Origin: a virus
Reading direction: 5' to 3' (one strand)
Virus record (IMG/VR): IMGVR_UViG_3300031972_002122
Location: 64,571-128,570 of that record
Length of the DNA stretch: 64,000 bases
Shown here: piece by piece, positions 1 through 10,652 of the stretch
Layout of the letters: every line of letters starts with the position of its first letter
Position numbering within the stretch: the first letter of the stretch is position 1
Notes under the pieces: model-generated
The model's database searches: none
Seen by the model: the letters and a program-made list of their open reading frames with translations, nothing else
Told to the model about the DNA's origin: nothing
Program-made: the position numbers and the translations under genes

Positions 1-6
1 ACAGTA

Positions 7-219
7 TTGATGGAGAAGCAAGTAACTGATGAATTTTTGATCATGCTTGGTTATTCTAAAATGATAGGCGGTGAACCGTCTACGTGTTCATGTTTAGTCG
101 TTACACCTAACGCTGATAATACTCGGGCGAGAGTCAGGGGTATAAAATTTGTCAGTGAAGATGACTTAGTTATGGTGGATCGACCAGTGTGGGCAGATTA
201 TATTAATGTTTCTTGGTAA
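7..219 (+). CDS. hypothetical protein
   Basis: ORF track; same strand and packing as neighbours. Confidence 0.5.
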   Translation: MMEKQVTDEFLIMLGYSKMIGGEPSTCSCLVVTPNADNTRARVRGIKFVSEDDLVMVDRPVWADYINVSW

Positions 220-235
220 TTAAAATAGATTATTT

Positions 236-625
236 ATGAGTGTAATTAAAAAAACAGTGGTGCAGTTCACTGATGGTAAGTGCCATAGTTTAAATCTTGA
301 AGTTATGGTAGATGACTCGGATTTATCGTTAGTGAATATACTAACTGATTTGAAGGTAGCGTTACCAATGGGTGATGTAGCAACGCAGCGGATGATTCCT
401 GAATGTGTGGACGGTGATGGTTTAGTATTCCTAACTGAAGTTGCCGATGGTATTTACCGACCGAGTGTAGATGATATTGAGGCGTGTTACTATGATGATG
501 TCGGTCTCCCACCACACGTTAAGAATTATTATGAGGGCGTCGTGGTCTTCGATAAAGAAAATTTCACTGAAGCCCTGTCGGGTGGGTATGAAAGTATTAT
601 ATCAATATCAATTATTTCAAATTAA
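236..625 (+). CDS. hypothetical protein
   Basis: ORF track, 129 aa, tight packing. Confidence 0.6.
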   Translation: MSVIKKTVVQFTDGKCHSLNLEVMVDDSDLSLVNILTDLKVALPMGDVATQRMIPECVDGDGLVFLTEVADGIYRPSVDDIEACYYDDVGLPPHVKNYYEGVVVFDKENFTEALSGGYESIISISIISN

Positions 626-635
626 ATTTTAACAA

Positions 636-836
636 ATGAGTTATTACAACGTGAAAGTGAATGTCACTACTGAAAGTGACAAGGGTCAAATTAAGCAGAA
701 GTCAGAATTGTACTTGGTTGAGGCTGAGAGTGTAACGGAAGCTGAGGCTAAGATGTACAAAGATTTTGAGGGATATAATGACGATTGGGAAGTCGTTTCG
801 ACTGTTAAGACCAAAATTATTAAGGTAGTAGAATGA
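636..836 (+). CDS. DUF4494-like small protein (Bacteroidota-type)
   Basis: YNVKV...ELYLVEAESVTEAEAK resembles the DUF4494 signature YLVDAxSxTEAEA. Confidence 0.65.
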   Translation: MSYYNVKVNVTTESDKGQIKQKSELYLVEAESVTEAEAKMYKDFEGYNDDWEVVSTVKTKIIKVVE

Positions 837-1945
837 TTCATATCATTGATTATATAAACACTGACGCTCGTCATATGGATCATTGGAGGACTGTAGTTCC
901 CCAAGCATTGATAGATGCTGGGCACGAGGTGAATGTAATCAGTGGTACTGATGAGCATCTAGCTGCGTCGGAATGGAATCTCCTCGGGGAAATGTTTTAT
1001 AAAACAACTCAGTTTGCTACATTGCATGATGAAATTGTGACTGGGGGAATTTCTCGAGGAGATATCTTAATAATCGGTGATGCTTGGAATCCTACGATTA
1101 TATCGCTAAAATACATCCAATTGATAATGAATCTTGATGTCGTAGTGATTGGTATGTGGCGGGATGGGTTATTCGATCTTAATAGTAAAATCAGAACTGG
1201 ACTATTGAGAAAGCCTAAGCATTGGGCTAGATCGTTCGAACGAGCCTTATATAAAGCATATGATTATAACTGCTTTATTACCGACAGTCAACATAAACGA
1301 TTCATGAATCGGTATCGATATAACGAAACCAGTGAATCGTTAGTTACTGGTCTACCATATCAGAAGTTAATAGAGTTAAGATCACAATATAGCGTGGTTG
1401 ACAAGGAAAATATAATAGTTCTACCACATGACTCTGCAGATTCTGATCAACGGAAAATATTTGGGGCTTTAAAAAATTACTTAACGGACTTCACGTTTAT
1501 CGACTGTTATGAATTGCAATTGTCTAGTAGTGAGTACTATTCAATACTGAATCGGGCTAAAGCTGTAATGGCTATTAATTTATCAGAGACCGATCCGACT
1601 AATATATACGAAGCTATGTTGTTCGGTTGTGTCCCAATCATACCCGACGCGCTGATTTATTCGGATATATTCCCCGAACAATATTGGTATCCAACACACT
1701 ACACTCAACCACCGTTTATGAACTTTGTTAGGGGTCGAGAATATATGCATAGACATATTAAGGATGTGATGGAGAATTACGATCAACTAAAACCAGAAAA
1801 ATCCGTAGTTGACGCTATTGGGAATACATATTTTAACAATGACGGATTATTACAATTAGTTAATAAAATAAAGAAAGATTATGCTACAAAACCAAGGAAA
1901 CGGGTTAGACCTCAACGTAAATTTAAGCGAAGCCGAAACAATTAA
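833..1945 (+). CDS. GT-B fold glycosyltransferase-like protein, possibly DNA alpha-glucosyltransferase-like
   Basis: C-terminal EYYSILNRAKAV...ETDPTNIYEAMLFGCVPIIPDALIYSDIFP matches the GT-B donor-binding ExxxxxxxEA...G.P pattern. Confidence 0.6.
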   Translation: MIHIIDYINTDARHMDHWRTVVPQALIDAGHEVNVISGTDEHLAASEWNLLGEMFYKTTQFATLHDEIVTGGISRGDILIIGDAWNPTIISLKYIQLIMNLDVVVIGMWRDGLFDLNSKIRTGLLRKPKHWARSFERALYKAYDYNCFITDSQHKRFMNRYRYNETSESLVTGLPYQKLIELRSQYSVVDKENIIVLPHDSADSDQRKIFGALKNYLTDFTFIDCYELQLSSSEYYSILNRAKAVMAINLSETDPTNIYEAMLFGCVPIIPDALIYSDIFPEQYWYPTHYTQPPFMNFVRGREYMHRHIKDVMENYDQLKPEKSVVDAIGNTYFNNDGLLQLVNKIKKDYATKPRKRVRPQRKFKRSRNN

Positions 1946-2156
1946 ATGTGAAAATTGTGACGGTAGACTATTCAGCCAACACTTTATATTGAAAAAGCTA
2001 CCAAAGATAATGGTTGGTGCTCCAACGGACATCCCAGTACCAGTACCGATATGGACATGCGCTGGATGTGGTACTGTTAATTTAGACTTTATTCCTAGAG
2101 GGGTTGGTACCGCTGAAGAATTATTTGACCTTAAAAGCGATGACGACAATGAGTAA
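1881..2156 (+). CDS. small Zn-ribbon protein
   Basis: CENC and CAGC pairs. Confidence 0.6.
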   Translation: MLQNQGNGLDLNVNLSEAETIKCENCDGRLFSQHFILKKLPKIMVGAPTDIPVPVPIWTCAGCGTVNLDFIPRGVGTAEELFDLKSDDDNE

Positions 2157-2439
2157 TGAATTAAGTAATTTCAATTTGATACGTCAGAACGAGAAAAATC
2201 GAGCATTGCGTGCAGTGTCTGGAAAGTTTAATAATGTAGATAACTCAGAACCTGAGCACGGCGGTGATGAAGACGTGTATGATATACTGTCCGATCTAAC
2301 AACGCTAAATTTATCATCTAGAACGTTGCGTCAACTTGTCGGTAGTCGTACAGATATTGAATCTTCGGACGTAATTAAACATCTCCGTGATATACAAGAT
2401 CAATGCCGTGTAATTATCGGTAAGTTGGAGGGGATTTGA
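2149..2439 (+). CDS. hypothetical protein
   Basis: ORF; ATG at 2149 overlaps the upstream gene end. Confidence 0.55.
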   Translation: MSNELSNFNLIRQNEKNRALRAVSGKFNNVDNSEPEHGGDEDVYDILSDLTTLNLSSRTLRQLVGSRTDIESSDVIKHLRDIQDQCRVIIGKLEGI

Positions 2440-3350
2440 GAATATTGGGCGTTGACATACCAGAACGGAAGCGTGAAGACTTAGTAGTTTCTTACACGCA
2501 ATTTTCTGCTTATCAAAAGTGTCCTAAGAGTTGGGAACTTAAATACGCTAAACGTCTGGGTAAGTACGAGCCCAATATTTATCTATTATTTGGAACTGTT
2601 ATACACGATACCATTCAACTTTGGATTAAAAGTATGTTTGATGGTGACGAATCTTACGATTATGTTGATTGTTTTCGAAAAAACATGATGAGTGAATTCG
2701 ATAAGTTGGTAACTCGGTGGGGAACTACTTTCACTGACTTGGATACACTCATGGAATTTCATGACGATGGTATAGAAATATTACATTACCTGAAACATAC
2801 ACTTAGGCGGTATTTTAATCCACGTAAATATAATTTTTTAGGATTTGAGATACCCATCGTATATCAATGTGATGAGAGTAAGCCTAAACTTAAATTTCGT
2901 GGTCACTTGGATTTAGTATTTCAAGAGATCGGGAGTGGTAGATACATGATCATGGATATTAAGACTAGTACTAATGGGTGGGGTTTTTACCAACAGACAG
3001 ACATGAGTAAACAGTCCCAACTTGTTCTATATAAATACTTTTTTTCCAAGATGTTTAACGTTCCAATCGACAACATCGACACGTTATATTTTATAGTTAA
3101 GCGCAAGCTCAAGGACGACACCCCGTGGGGAAATAGTAGAGTTCAGGAATATTCACCAATCCAAAGTACACAGGCGTGTGAGAGTATAGCCAACGAGTTT
3201 GAAACATTTGTTCGGGAGTCGTTTGATCATGATGGAACTCCCAGAACTGATATAGAATACCCAGCGATTTCTGGTGACGATGGTAAGAACTGTAAATTTT
3301 GTGAATTTTCAGATTTCGAGGAGCACTGTCCTAAAAAAAATAGAAAATAG
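2436..3350 (+). CDS. PD-(D/E)XK nuclease (RecB/Cas4-like exonuclease)
   Basis: SYTQFSAYQKCP, FGTVIHDTIQ, GHLDLV..IMDIKTS, QLVLY, C-terminal CKFCEF..C. Confidence 0.85.
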   Translation: MRILGVDIPERKREDLVVSYTQFSAYQKCPKSWELKYAKRLGKYEPNIYLLFGTVIHDTIQLWIKSMFDGDESYDYVDCFRKNMMSEFDKLVTRWGTTFTDLDTLMEFHDDGIEILHYLKHTLRRYFNPRKYNFLGFEIPIVYQCDESKPKLKFRGHLDLVFQEIGSGRYMIMDIKTSTNGWGFYQQTDMSKQSQLVLYKYFFSKMFNVPIDNIDTLYFIVKRKLKDDTPWGNSRVQEYSPIQSTQACESIANEFETFVRESFDHDGTPRTDIEYPAISGDDGKNCKFCEFSDFEEHCPKKNRK

Positions 3351-3418
3351 TGCATATATACCTAGCGTGTATAAATTATTAAAAAGAATTTATATACTTA
3401 TTGTAAACTAGTTATTAT

Positions 3419-4909
3419 ATGCACAAAGTAAACTTACCTAAGTTAAAGCGAGTCGATCAAGACCGTCCTAAAAAGAAAAAAATCTTATTATTATCTGACG
3501 ATTTACGAATGCATTCAGGGATTGCTACAATGTCCCGAGAATTCGTTATCGGTACCTCTGACACATTTGATTGGGTACAATTAGGTGCCGCGTTGAAACA
3601 CCCCGATCATGGTAAAGCTTTCGACGTTTCTGATGATGTTAATTTTAATAAAGGAATAGATCATTCGTCGGTTAAGATATATGCACATACTGGATATGGG
3701 AGTCCTGATGTTTTGCGAGAACTTGTGGAAACTGAAAAACCAGACGCTATATTACATTTCACTGATCCTAGATTTTGGGGGTGGTTGTATGCGATGGAGC
3801 ATGAGATTCGTACAAAAATGCAAATACCGATCATGTACTACAATATATGGGATGCTCCACCAGCACCATTCTGGAATAAACCATTCTATCAGTCATGCGA
3901 TCTTATAATGAACATAAGTAAGCAAACAAACAATCTAGTTAAGTTAGTTTTAGGTGAGGATGGATATAAGGACATTAGTCAAGGCGATGGTGATGGTGAT
4001 ATTATGGTTTGCCATGTTCCACATGGTATAAACAAAACACAATATTTTAAAATCACGGAGGAGCATGCTGAGTGGGAAGAATATAAAGCCTTAGAGAAGA
4101 AATTTAAGGAGAGTCACGACGTAGATTTCATATTCTTTTGGAATAATAGAAACATTCGCCGTAAGATGATGGGGGACTTGATTCTAGCATATAAACAGTT
4201 CTGTGACTCATTACCACCAGAACAGGCTAAGCGTGTAGCATTATTCATGCATACTCAAATGCGCGATCCGAATGGTACAGATATACCAGAAGTGGTTAGA
4301 GTTGTCTGTCCAGATCATAAAGTTATATTTAACGAAGAGAAGCTTCCAGTCAAAGCATTGAACATGTTTTACAACTTATCTGATGTGACCATTAATATAG
4401 CGTCGAATGAAGGATTTGGATTGTCTTCTGCTGAATCAATTATGACTGAAACTCCTGTATTAAATAATACGACAGGTGGGCTCCAAGATCAGGTTAGATT
4501 CGAGGATGAAAATGGTGATTGGCTTACATTTAATAAGCAATTTACTAGTAACCACGCTGGTACATATACGAAACATGGTGCATGGGCTAAGGTAGTATTC
4601 CCGTCCAATCGATCATTGCAAGGATCGGTTGTAACTCCTTACATATTTGATGATCGATGTAATTTTTCTGACGTAGCTGAGCAGATGGCTGCTTGGTATG
4701 CTACTAGTAAATCTGAGCGAGATGAAGCTGGTAGAGCTGGGCGTGAATGGTTACTATCTGAGGAATCTGGAATGTCGGCGGATGAAATGTCGAACCGTAT
4801 GCGGGATGCGATATTAACGTGTCTGGATGGATGGGTTCGTAGAGAACGATTTGAATTGATTAAAGTAACTGATAAAGAAAAGATAACAGAGGCGGGTATC
4901 GTCTGGTAA
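3419..4909 (+). CDS. glycosyltransferase family 4-like (GT-B)
   Basis: ILLLSDDLRMHSG, NRNIRRK, SNEGFGLSSAES, TTGGLQDQV. Confidence 0.85.
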   Translation: MHKVNLPKLKRVDQDRPKKKKILLLSDDLRMHSGIATMSREFVIGTSDTFDWVQLGAALKHPDHGKAFDVSDDVNFNKGIDHSSVKIYAHTGYGSPDVLRELVETEKPDAILHFTDPRFWGWLYAMEHEIRTKMQIPIMYYNIWDAPPAPFWNKPFYQSCDLIMNISKQTNNLVKLVLGEDGYKDISQGDGDGDIMVCHVPHGINKTQYFKITEEHAEWEEYKALEKKFKESHDVDFIFFWNNRNIRRKMMGDLILAYKQFCDSLPPEQAKRVALFMHTQMRDPNGTDIPEVVRVVCPDHKVIFNEEKLPVKALNMFYNLSDVTINIASNEGFGLSSAESIMTETPVLNNTTGGLQDQVRFEDENGDWLTFNKQFTSNHAGTYTKHGAWAKVVFPSNRSLQGSVVTPYIFDDRCNFSDVAEQMAAWYATSKSERDEAGRAGREWLLSEESGMSADEMSNRMRDAILTCLDGWVRRERFELIKVTDKEKITEAGIVW

Positions 4910-4920
4910 AACGAGTATAA

Positions 4921-6300
4921 ATGAGTAAAAAAACAGTAGTAATAGCAGGAAGTGTAACGACTCGGTCGGGTTATGGTGCGCATGCACGTGATATCGCCAG
5001 AGCACTGATACTGTCCGATAAGTATGATGTTAGTATAATTCCCATTAAGTGGGGAAGCACTCCACAGGATGCGCTTGATCCTGATGATGCGGATGATAAA
5101 TTGATACTTGATAGGTTGGTAGCACCACAGCTACAAGCTCAACCTGATGTATTCATACATCTATCCATTCCGAATGAATTCCAAAGGGCTGGAAAATTTA
5201 ATATAGGCATCACGGCTGGTATAGAAACGACTGCGTGTCGAGCTGAATGGATTGAAGGGTGTAACCGGATGGATTTAGTATTAGCAACGTCTGAACATTC
5301 CAAAAAAGTATTTGAGATAACTAGATTTGAGAAGCGAGACACGGCGACTCAACAAATAGTTGATGTTATCCAATTGACTAGACCAGTTGAAGTGTTATTT
5401 GAGGGGATTAGACCAGAAATATACAATAAGAAGATAAACCCAAAATCTCCTATAGTAAAATCCTTGAATGAAATACCAGAAGATTTTTGTTTTCTATTTG
5501 TAGGTCACTGGCTGCAAGGTGATTTGGGTCAGGATCGGAAAGATGTCGGTGGACTTGTTAGGACATTTCTAGAATCATTCAAGCGAAAGAATAGTCGGAA
5601 TATGCCAGCACTGGTCATGAAAACTAGTCAAGCTGGATTTTCTGTAACTGAGCGTAAAGTTATTTTGGATAAGTTATCCGATTTAAGAGCCATGGTTCGG
5701 GGTGCTGGTTGGGAGCGCGAGCTTCCACCGATATATGTATTGCATGGTAACCTTACTGACTCTGAAATGAACGATCTGTATAATCATAAAAAGATTAAGG
5801 CGATGGTTTCATTCACAAAGGGGGAAGGTTTTGGTAGACCACTTCTAGAATTCACAACAACTGGTAAGCCAGTTATAGCGTCTGGGTGGTCAGGTCAACT
5901 AGACTTCTTACATCCAGATTATAGCGTTGTCCTACGTGGACAACTGACGCCTGTACACGAATCGGCTACTAACGAATGGATTGTTGAAGGTTCGCAATGG
6001 TTTACTGTTAATTATCAATTAGCTAGTCAGGTTATGCTAGACCTTCATAAGCGGTATGATGAATACTTGAAGAAATCTAGAAAGCATAGAAAGTACACCA
6101 TGGATAATTTTTCATTTGACAAGATGATTAATAAATTATGTGATTATATTGATCGTGTTGAGGACTATTCTAAACTTGAACGTAAGATACCGAAGGCACC
6201 ACAGCAGACTCAATTGAATCTTCCAAAGTTATCTAAGACTGGCAACATTCAGAAGCCTGTTACTAAGAAAATTAATTTACCGAAATTAAAAAAGGTATAA
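4921..6300 (+). CDS. glycosyltransferase family 4-like (GT-B)
   Basis: SGYGAHAR, FLFVGHW..DRKD, TKGEGFGRPLLE, SGWSGQLDF. Confidence 0.85.
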   Translation: MSKKTVVIAGSVTTRSGYGAHARDIARALILSDKYDVSIIPIKWGSTPQDALDPDDADDKLILDRLVAPQLQAQPDVFIHLSIPNEFQRAGKFNIGITAGIETTACRAEWIEGCNRMDLVLATSEHSKKVFEITRFEKRDTATQQIVDVIQLTRPVEVLFEGIRPEIYNKKINPKSPIVKSLNEIPEDFCFLFVGHWLQGDLGQDRKDVGGLVRTFLESFKRKNSRNMPALVMKTSQAGFSVTERKVILDKLSDLRAMVRGAGWERELPPIYVLHGNLTDSEMNDLYNHKKIKAMVSFTKGEGFGRPLLEFTTTGKPVIASGWSGQLDFLHPDYSVVLRGQLTPVHESATNEWIVEGSQWFTVNYQLASQVMLDLHKRYDEYLKKSRKHRKYTMDNFSFDKMINKLCDYIDRVEDYSKLERKIPKAPQQTQLNLPKLSKTGNIQKPVTKKINLPKLKKV

Positions 6301-6302
6301 AC

Positions 6303-6821
6303 ATGAGAATTACATATGATGAGGTTTCCCCGTTTACTGGGAATCGGCGAGTGATGATTGAACCAGACCCAGAGAAGCAAGATAACATGAAAGTGTGTAT
6401 GGATACTGGTTATCACACATACGCTGAGAGTTGGAAAAAGGAATCGGATGTGATCGATATCATCGAGAACACATTCCCATCTATATTATTAGACACTAAA
6501 CGTGTGATGGATGATGGCAACATCTGGTATAAATTAATGTTAGTTACGCCATTTGTTATGTTGATACCTGAAAGGTTTGGTGATAATGAAAGTGTGTGGG
6601 CTATATATGCGCTCAAAAATGGCAACCCAGAAACTGACGAGATCGTAATGGAAATTGCTGCAGTAGATGGGACACCACTTTATAGGTCGATTGATGTTGA
6701 TACTCGAAAAGAATTCCCAGACGAAAAATTTGAACTTGCCATGGACGCATTTCAAAGCGTCGGGGCTGCAGTGTATGGTAAAATATTTGAAATGGCAAAA
6801 TCTGAAACGGAAGCTGAATGA
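6303..6821 (+). CDS. hypothetical protein
   Basis: ORF track, packed in the operon. Confidence 0.65.
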   Translation: MRITYDEVSPFTGNRRVMIEPDPEKQDNMKVCMDTGYHTYAESWKKESDVIDIIENTFPSILLDTKRVMDDGNIWYKLMLVTPFVMLIPERFGDNESVWAIYALKNGNPETDEIVMEIAAVDGTPLYRSIDVDTRKEFPDEKFELAMDAFQSVGAAVYGKIFEMAKSETEAE

Positions 6822-7594
6822 ATCCAACAATAACTTACGCAATAACTGTGTGTAATGAGGACTGGGAACTGAAGGAGTTACTTAATACATTACATCCATA
6901 CCTGCAGCGAGGGGATCAAATTTTAATACAATCTGATTCGGATAGCGTCACTGATGGTGTTCTGGAGACTATAGATCGACGTATCTCACAATATCGAGGT
7001 TCGGACTTTAAGATAGAACACCAGAGCATTCGTCTGAATAAAGATTTTGGTAGCTTTAAGAATAAATTAAAGGATGGTGCTACTGGTGATTGGATATTTC
7101 AGATAGATGCTGATGAATATCCAACAGAATCATTGTTAACATCGTTATTATATATTCTCAAGGAGAACGATCACGCTGAAGTGATTCTAGTGCCCAGAAT
7201 AAACACCGTAGCTGGGATCACACAAGAACACATCAATAAGTGGGGTTGGAGACACCAGAAGATAGAACATCCACTGTTGAAGGGTGTTATGGATATTGAT
7301 GATAGTACTACGATGGCTGTAGAATTTCTTAAAAACGCAGACGCGGTGTATGAAGATAATGGTTCACGTGTTTATTATCATAAGCCCGTAATAAATTTCC
7401 CAGATTACCAATGGAGATTGTATAAGAACAAGAAATCGATACACTGGGTTAATAAGGTGCATGAACGATTGGTCGGGTATGATTATTATGCGACACTACC
7501 ACCCGATATCTCATGGTGCCTAATGCATAGCAAGGAAATTGTTAGACAAGAATCTCAAAACGAGTTTTACGACGAAATAATTGATAGAAAATGA
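6818..7594 (+). CDS. glycosyltransferase family 2
   Basis: ITYAITVCNE, ATGDWIFQIDADE (DxD), VHE motif. Confidence 0.85.
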   Translation: MNPTITYAITVCNEDWELKELLNTLHPYLQRGDQILIQSDSDSVTDGVLETIDRRISQYRGSDFKIEHQSIRLNKDFGSFKNKLKDGATGDWIFQIDADEYPTESLLTSLLYILKENDHAEVILVPRINTVAGITQEHINKWGWRHQKIEHPLLKGVMDIDDSTTMAVEFLKNADAVYEDNGSRVYYHKPVINFPDYQWRLYKNKKSIHWVNKVHERLVGYDYYATLPPDISWCLMHSKEIVRQESQNEFYDEIIDRK

Positions 7595-7787
7595 TGGTGT
7601 GAAGGTAGAAATTAATTTATTTTATGTAACTTTGATACTAATAATATCGAAGCTACTCGGACTGTTAAGTTGGTCTTGGTGGATTGTCTTCCTACCTGTA
7701 CTTATACCACTAATGATTTACCTTGGGTTGATTATAACAATCGTTGGGCTATTTTTAATTGAAAAGATATTTAGTGATACAGGTTAA
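7581..7787 (+). CDS. small two-helix membrane protein
   Basis: hydrophobic; KLLGLLSWSWWIVFLP motif common in phage membrane proteins. Confidence 0.65.
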   Translation: MIENDGVKVEINLFYVTLILIISKLLGLLSWSWWIVFLPVLIPLMIYLGLIITIVGLFLIEKIFSDTG

Positions 7788-8808
7788 AATATTTGAGTTA
7801 GATAAGCATAGGAATGAAACTACATTCCGACCGTACCTTGCAGCTAGGCATGTACTTGAAGATATTGGTATACAATTTACTGAAGGCGATTCTTACGATT
7901 TCGCATGGATCGGTCAGGCTAGTATAGCTGATAAAAAACTCCCACTTGAACAAAGCGTCGAGATGGGAATTCGTTTTTGTGAGGGTCTGGGTGATTTTAT
8001 GATATTCGATGGGCAGGATTCACATTCATTGATTGGAACCGTCGACGTGTTGAGGGAAACTGATTGTTTACTTTTACTTAAGAACACGTTGTTGCGGGAG
8101 TGGGATATGTACAATGTACCGACACCTAACGGTCGATGGTACTGGCGAGGTTTGGGGGAAGGTAATTACTCAGTACCAGATATACACGAGTTGAAGGATC
8201 GGATAACCCTTAGTGGTACGAATTGGATGAGTACAACTAACGTAAAATTTTTCGGTACAGAATATTTTGATAAAGTACATGACGTGTGTGGGTTATTTGG
8301 ATATCCAGCATCACCAAATAGTGAACATGGGCTGGAGCATTATAAATTGTATAACGCTCATAGGAAGCCCTGTGTAGACATCCTTAAAAAATTACCTAGA
8401 ACTAACACGTTACAAGATGGCGTCAAGATACCTATCCAACGATATTATAAGATAATGTCTGAAAGTAAAATTGTGGTATCACCCACTGGATATGGTGAGA
8501 TGACTCCACGTGATATTGAAGCTATTGGTATGGGTTGTATTGTCATTAAGCCGACGGTGGATCATTTAGTGAGTGAGCCGTGGATTTTCGATGAGGGTCG
8601 AGTGTACATTGGATGTCGACATGATTATGCTGATCTGGAGGAGAAGATAGATTTTGTATTGTCGGATTTCAAAAACTTACAGGCTGAGATGTACGAGTAT
8701 TCATTTAAAAAGTATATGTATATGTACGGTGATCCAACACGATTAGCTATACATTTACACAACATATTTGGAGAAAAATTAAACGGAGTTATAACACATG
8801 AAAATTAG
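7759..8808 (+). CDS. glycosyltransferase-like protein (GT-B C-terminal domain)
   Basis: YYKIMSESKIVVSPTGYGEMTPRDIEAIGMGCIVIKP. Confidence 0.7.
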   Translation: MKRYLVIQVKIFELDKHRNETTFRPYLAARHVLEDIGIQFTEGDSYDFAWIGQASIADKKLPLEQSVEMGIRFCEGLGDFMIFDGQDSHSLIGTVDVLRETDCLLLLKNTLLREWDMYNVPTPNGRWYWRGLGEGNYSVPDIHELKDRITLSGTNWMSTTNVKFFGTEYFDKVHDVCGLFGYPASPNSEHGLEHYKLYNAHRKPCVDILKKLPRTNTLQDGVKIPIQRYYKIMSESKIVVSPTGYGEMTPRDIEAIGMGCIVIKPTVDHLVSEPWIFDEGRVYIGCRHDYADLEEKIDFVLSDFKNLQAEMYEYSFKKYMYMYGDPTRLAIHLHNIFGEKLNGVITHEN

Positions 8809-9931
8809 AGATAAAATGTTGCCAGCCCTCCAACCGCAGGGTGGGGATGAAGAGATCGCAGCACTGTCGGAAGTCATTCGTTCTGGCTGGTGGGGCAAAG
8901 GTGCTAAGGTTAAAGAGTTTGAAGAAAAGTTTGCGAAGATGGTCGGTGCTAAATACGCTATTGCCGTGACTAGTAACTCACACGGAATTGATTTGGTATT
9001 AAAAGCTAACGGAATTGATAGTGGGGATATAATAAATCCAGCAATCTCGTTCGTAGCTACTGCAATGATTCCCGTTTGGAATGGCTGCAAAACAAATATA
9101 GTAGACGTTGATCCCGAGACATTGAATATTGACCCAGAGGATGTAGCGATTCGAATTACGGATGATACGAAAGCAATTATAGCTGTTAACATGGCAGGCG
9201 TACCAGCACCAATATCAGAACTGAGGAAGGTGTTTGATGGGCTGATCATAGAGGATTGCGCACATAGTTGTTATGTCGACGGGGCTGGGCAGGCAGGTGA
9301 TGTTGCGGTGTGGTCTTTCCAAGCAGTAAAAACTATGCCATGTGGTGACGGTGGTATGATTACTACCAATGATAAAGAGATGTATGAGAAGATGAGCTCT
9401 ATGACTTGGTTTGGAGTGTCGAGTACATTCTCTAGAGTTTCAAAACAGGAGGGGGATGGCGTGTCTGGTAAACCGGGCTACTCATGGGACTACGAGATCG
9501 ATACGATAGGTCAAAAATGTTACATGATTGACATCGCTGCTGCTATTTGTTTGGAGCAAATGAAGAAACTACCAGCTAACCTCGAGCGGCGACGATATAT
9601 ACGTGATAGGTATGACGCGGAATTGCATGACATGGTACGACGTCCAGCTAAAAGTGAGACGGTGCAGTATTATTGTATGCGAGTACCACCAGAAGATCGT
9701 GACTCGTTGATAGATTATTTAGCTGATAAGAAGATACATACATCTGTTCACTTTAAACCTCTTTATAAGTATAAGGCATTGCATGAACATTTGGTATTCC
9801 CAAAGAGACCATATAGTGTATCAGATCGGGAGTGGCTTGGATTGGTATCTATCCCATTACATACTGGGATGACTGACGAAGATATTGATTATGTAATTTA
9901 TTGGGTTAATAAATATTTTGATGAAAAGTAA
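8798..9931 (+). CDS. DegT/DnrJ/EryC1/StrS family PLP-dependent sugar aminotransferase
   Basis: EFEEKFA..GAKYAIAVTS, IIEDCAH, WSFQAVKTMPCGDGGMITTND. Confidence 0.92.
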   Translation: MKIRDKMLPALQPQGGDEEIAALSEVIRSGWWGKGAKVKEFEEKFAKMVGAKYAIAVTSNSHGIDLVLKANGIDSGDIINPAISFVATAMIPVWNGCKTNIVDVDPETLNIDPEDVAIRITDDTKAIIAVNMAGVPAPISELRKVFDGLIIEDCAHSCYVDGAGQAGDVAVWSFQAVKTMPCGDGGMITTNDKEMYEKMSSMTWFGVSSTFSRVSKQEGDGVSGKPGYSWDYEIDTIGQKCYMIDIAAAICLEQMKKLPANLERRRYIRDRYDAELHDMVRRPAKSETVQYYCMRVPPEDRDSLIDYLADKKIHTSVHFKPLYKYKALHEHLVFPKRPYSVSDREWLGLVSIPLHTGMTDEDIDYVIYWVNKYFDEK

Positions 9932-10652
9932 GATAGGAATACTGGGGGACGGGCTACTTGCTAAGGAGTTGAATAGGCAGACTGGCTGGGATATGATCAG
10001 TAGACGCATGCACGGTTTTGATATAACTGACCCATCGACATGGAATAGTACACCGTTGTGGAGGTCTGAGCACGGCGTCGCATTCTATACGCAATATACC
10101 ACACTCATAAATTGTATAGCGCATACCGATACGTATTCTGAAGATCGGGATACCCACTGGGATGTTAACTATGTGGGTGTTGCTAATTTAGTAGAGTTTT
10201 GTAATCATCATAACATAAAATTAGTACACATTTCGACGGATTATATCTACAGTAACTCGACATCTAACGCATCTGAAGAAAAAACAGTACCAGTTCACTG
10301 TGAGAACTGGTATGGCTATACTAAATTATTGGGTGATGGGCATGTGCAATTATCTAGTGACGATTATCTACTGATCCGTGCTACACATAAGGCTAAACCA
10401 TTTTCACATCAATCAGCGTGGATAAACCAGATCGGAAATTTTGATTATGTCGACGTGATTAGTGAGAAAATAATCAAACTAGTTGAGGCGGGTGCTGATG
10501 GTGTGTATAATGTTGGTACACAGTTGAAAAGTATGTATAATCTAGCCAAACAGACTAATATGGTAGTCACTCCTGAACATGGGTCGTATCGACCGAGTAC
10601 ACCAACCGACACAAGTATGAATATAACTAAAATGAAGAACAAATTAACATGA
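9918..10652 (+). CDS. RmlD-like dTDP-4-dehydrorhamnose reductase (SDR)
   Basis: GDGLLA, INCIAHTD, VHISTDYIY, YGYTKLLGD. Confidence 0.8.
   Translation: MMKSKIGILGDGLLAKELNRQTGWDMISRRMHGFDITDPSTWNSTPLWRSEHGVAFYTQYTTLINCIAHTDTYSEDRDTHWDVNYVGVANLVEFCNHHNIKLVHISTDYIYSNSTSNASEEKTVPVHCENWYGYTKLLGDGHVQLSSDDYLLIRATHKAKPFSHQSAWINQIGNFDYVDVISEKIIKLVEAGADGVYNVGTQLKSMYNLAKQTNMVVTPEHGSYRPSTPTDTSMNITKMKNKLT

Noticed and set aside
2436-3350. Cas4 of a CRISPR-Cas system
   Set aside because: A stand-alone PD-(D/E)XK nuclease typical of phages; no cas1/cas2 or array nearby.
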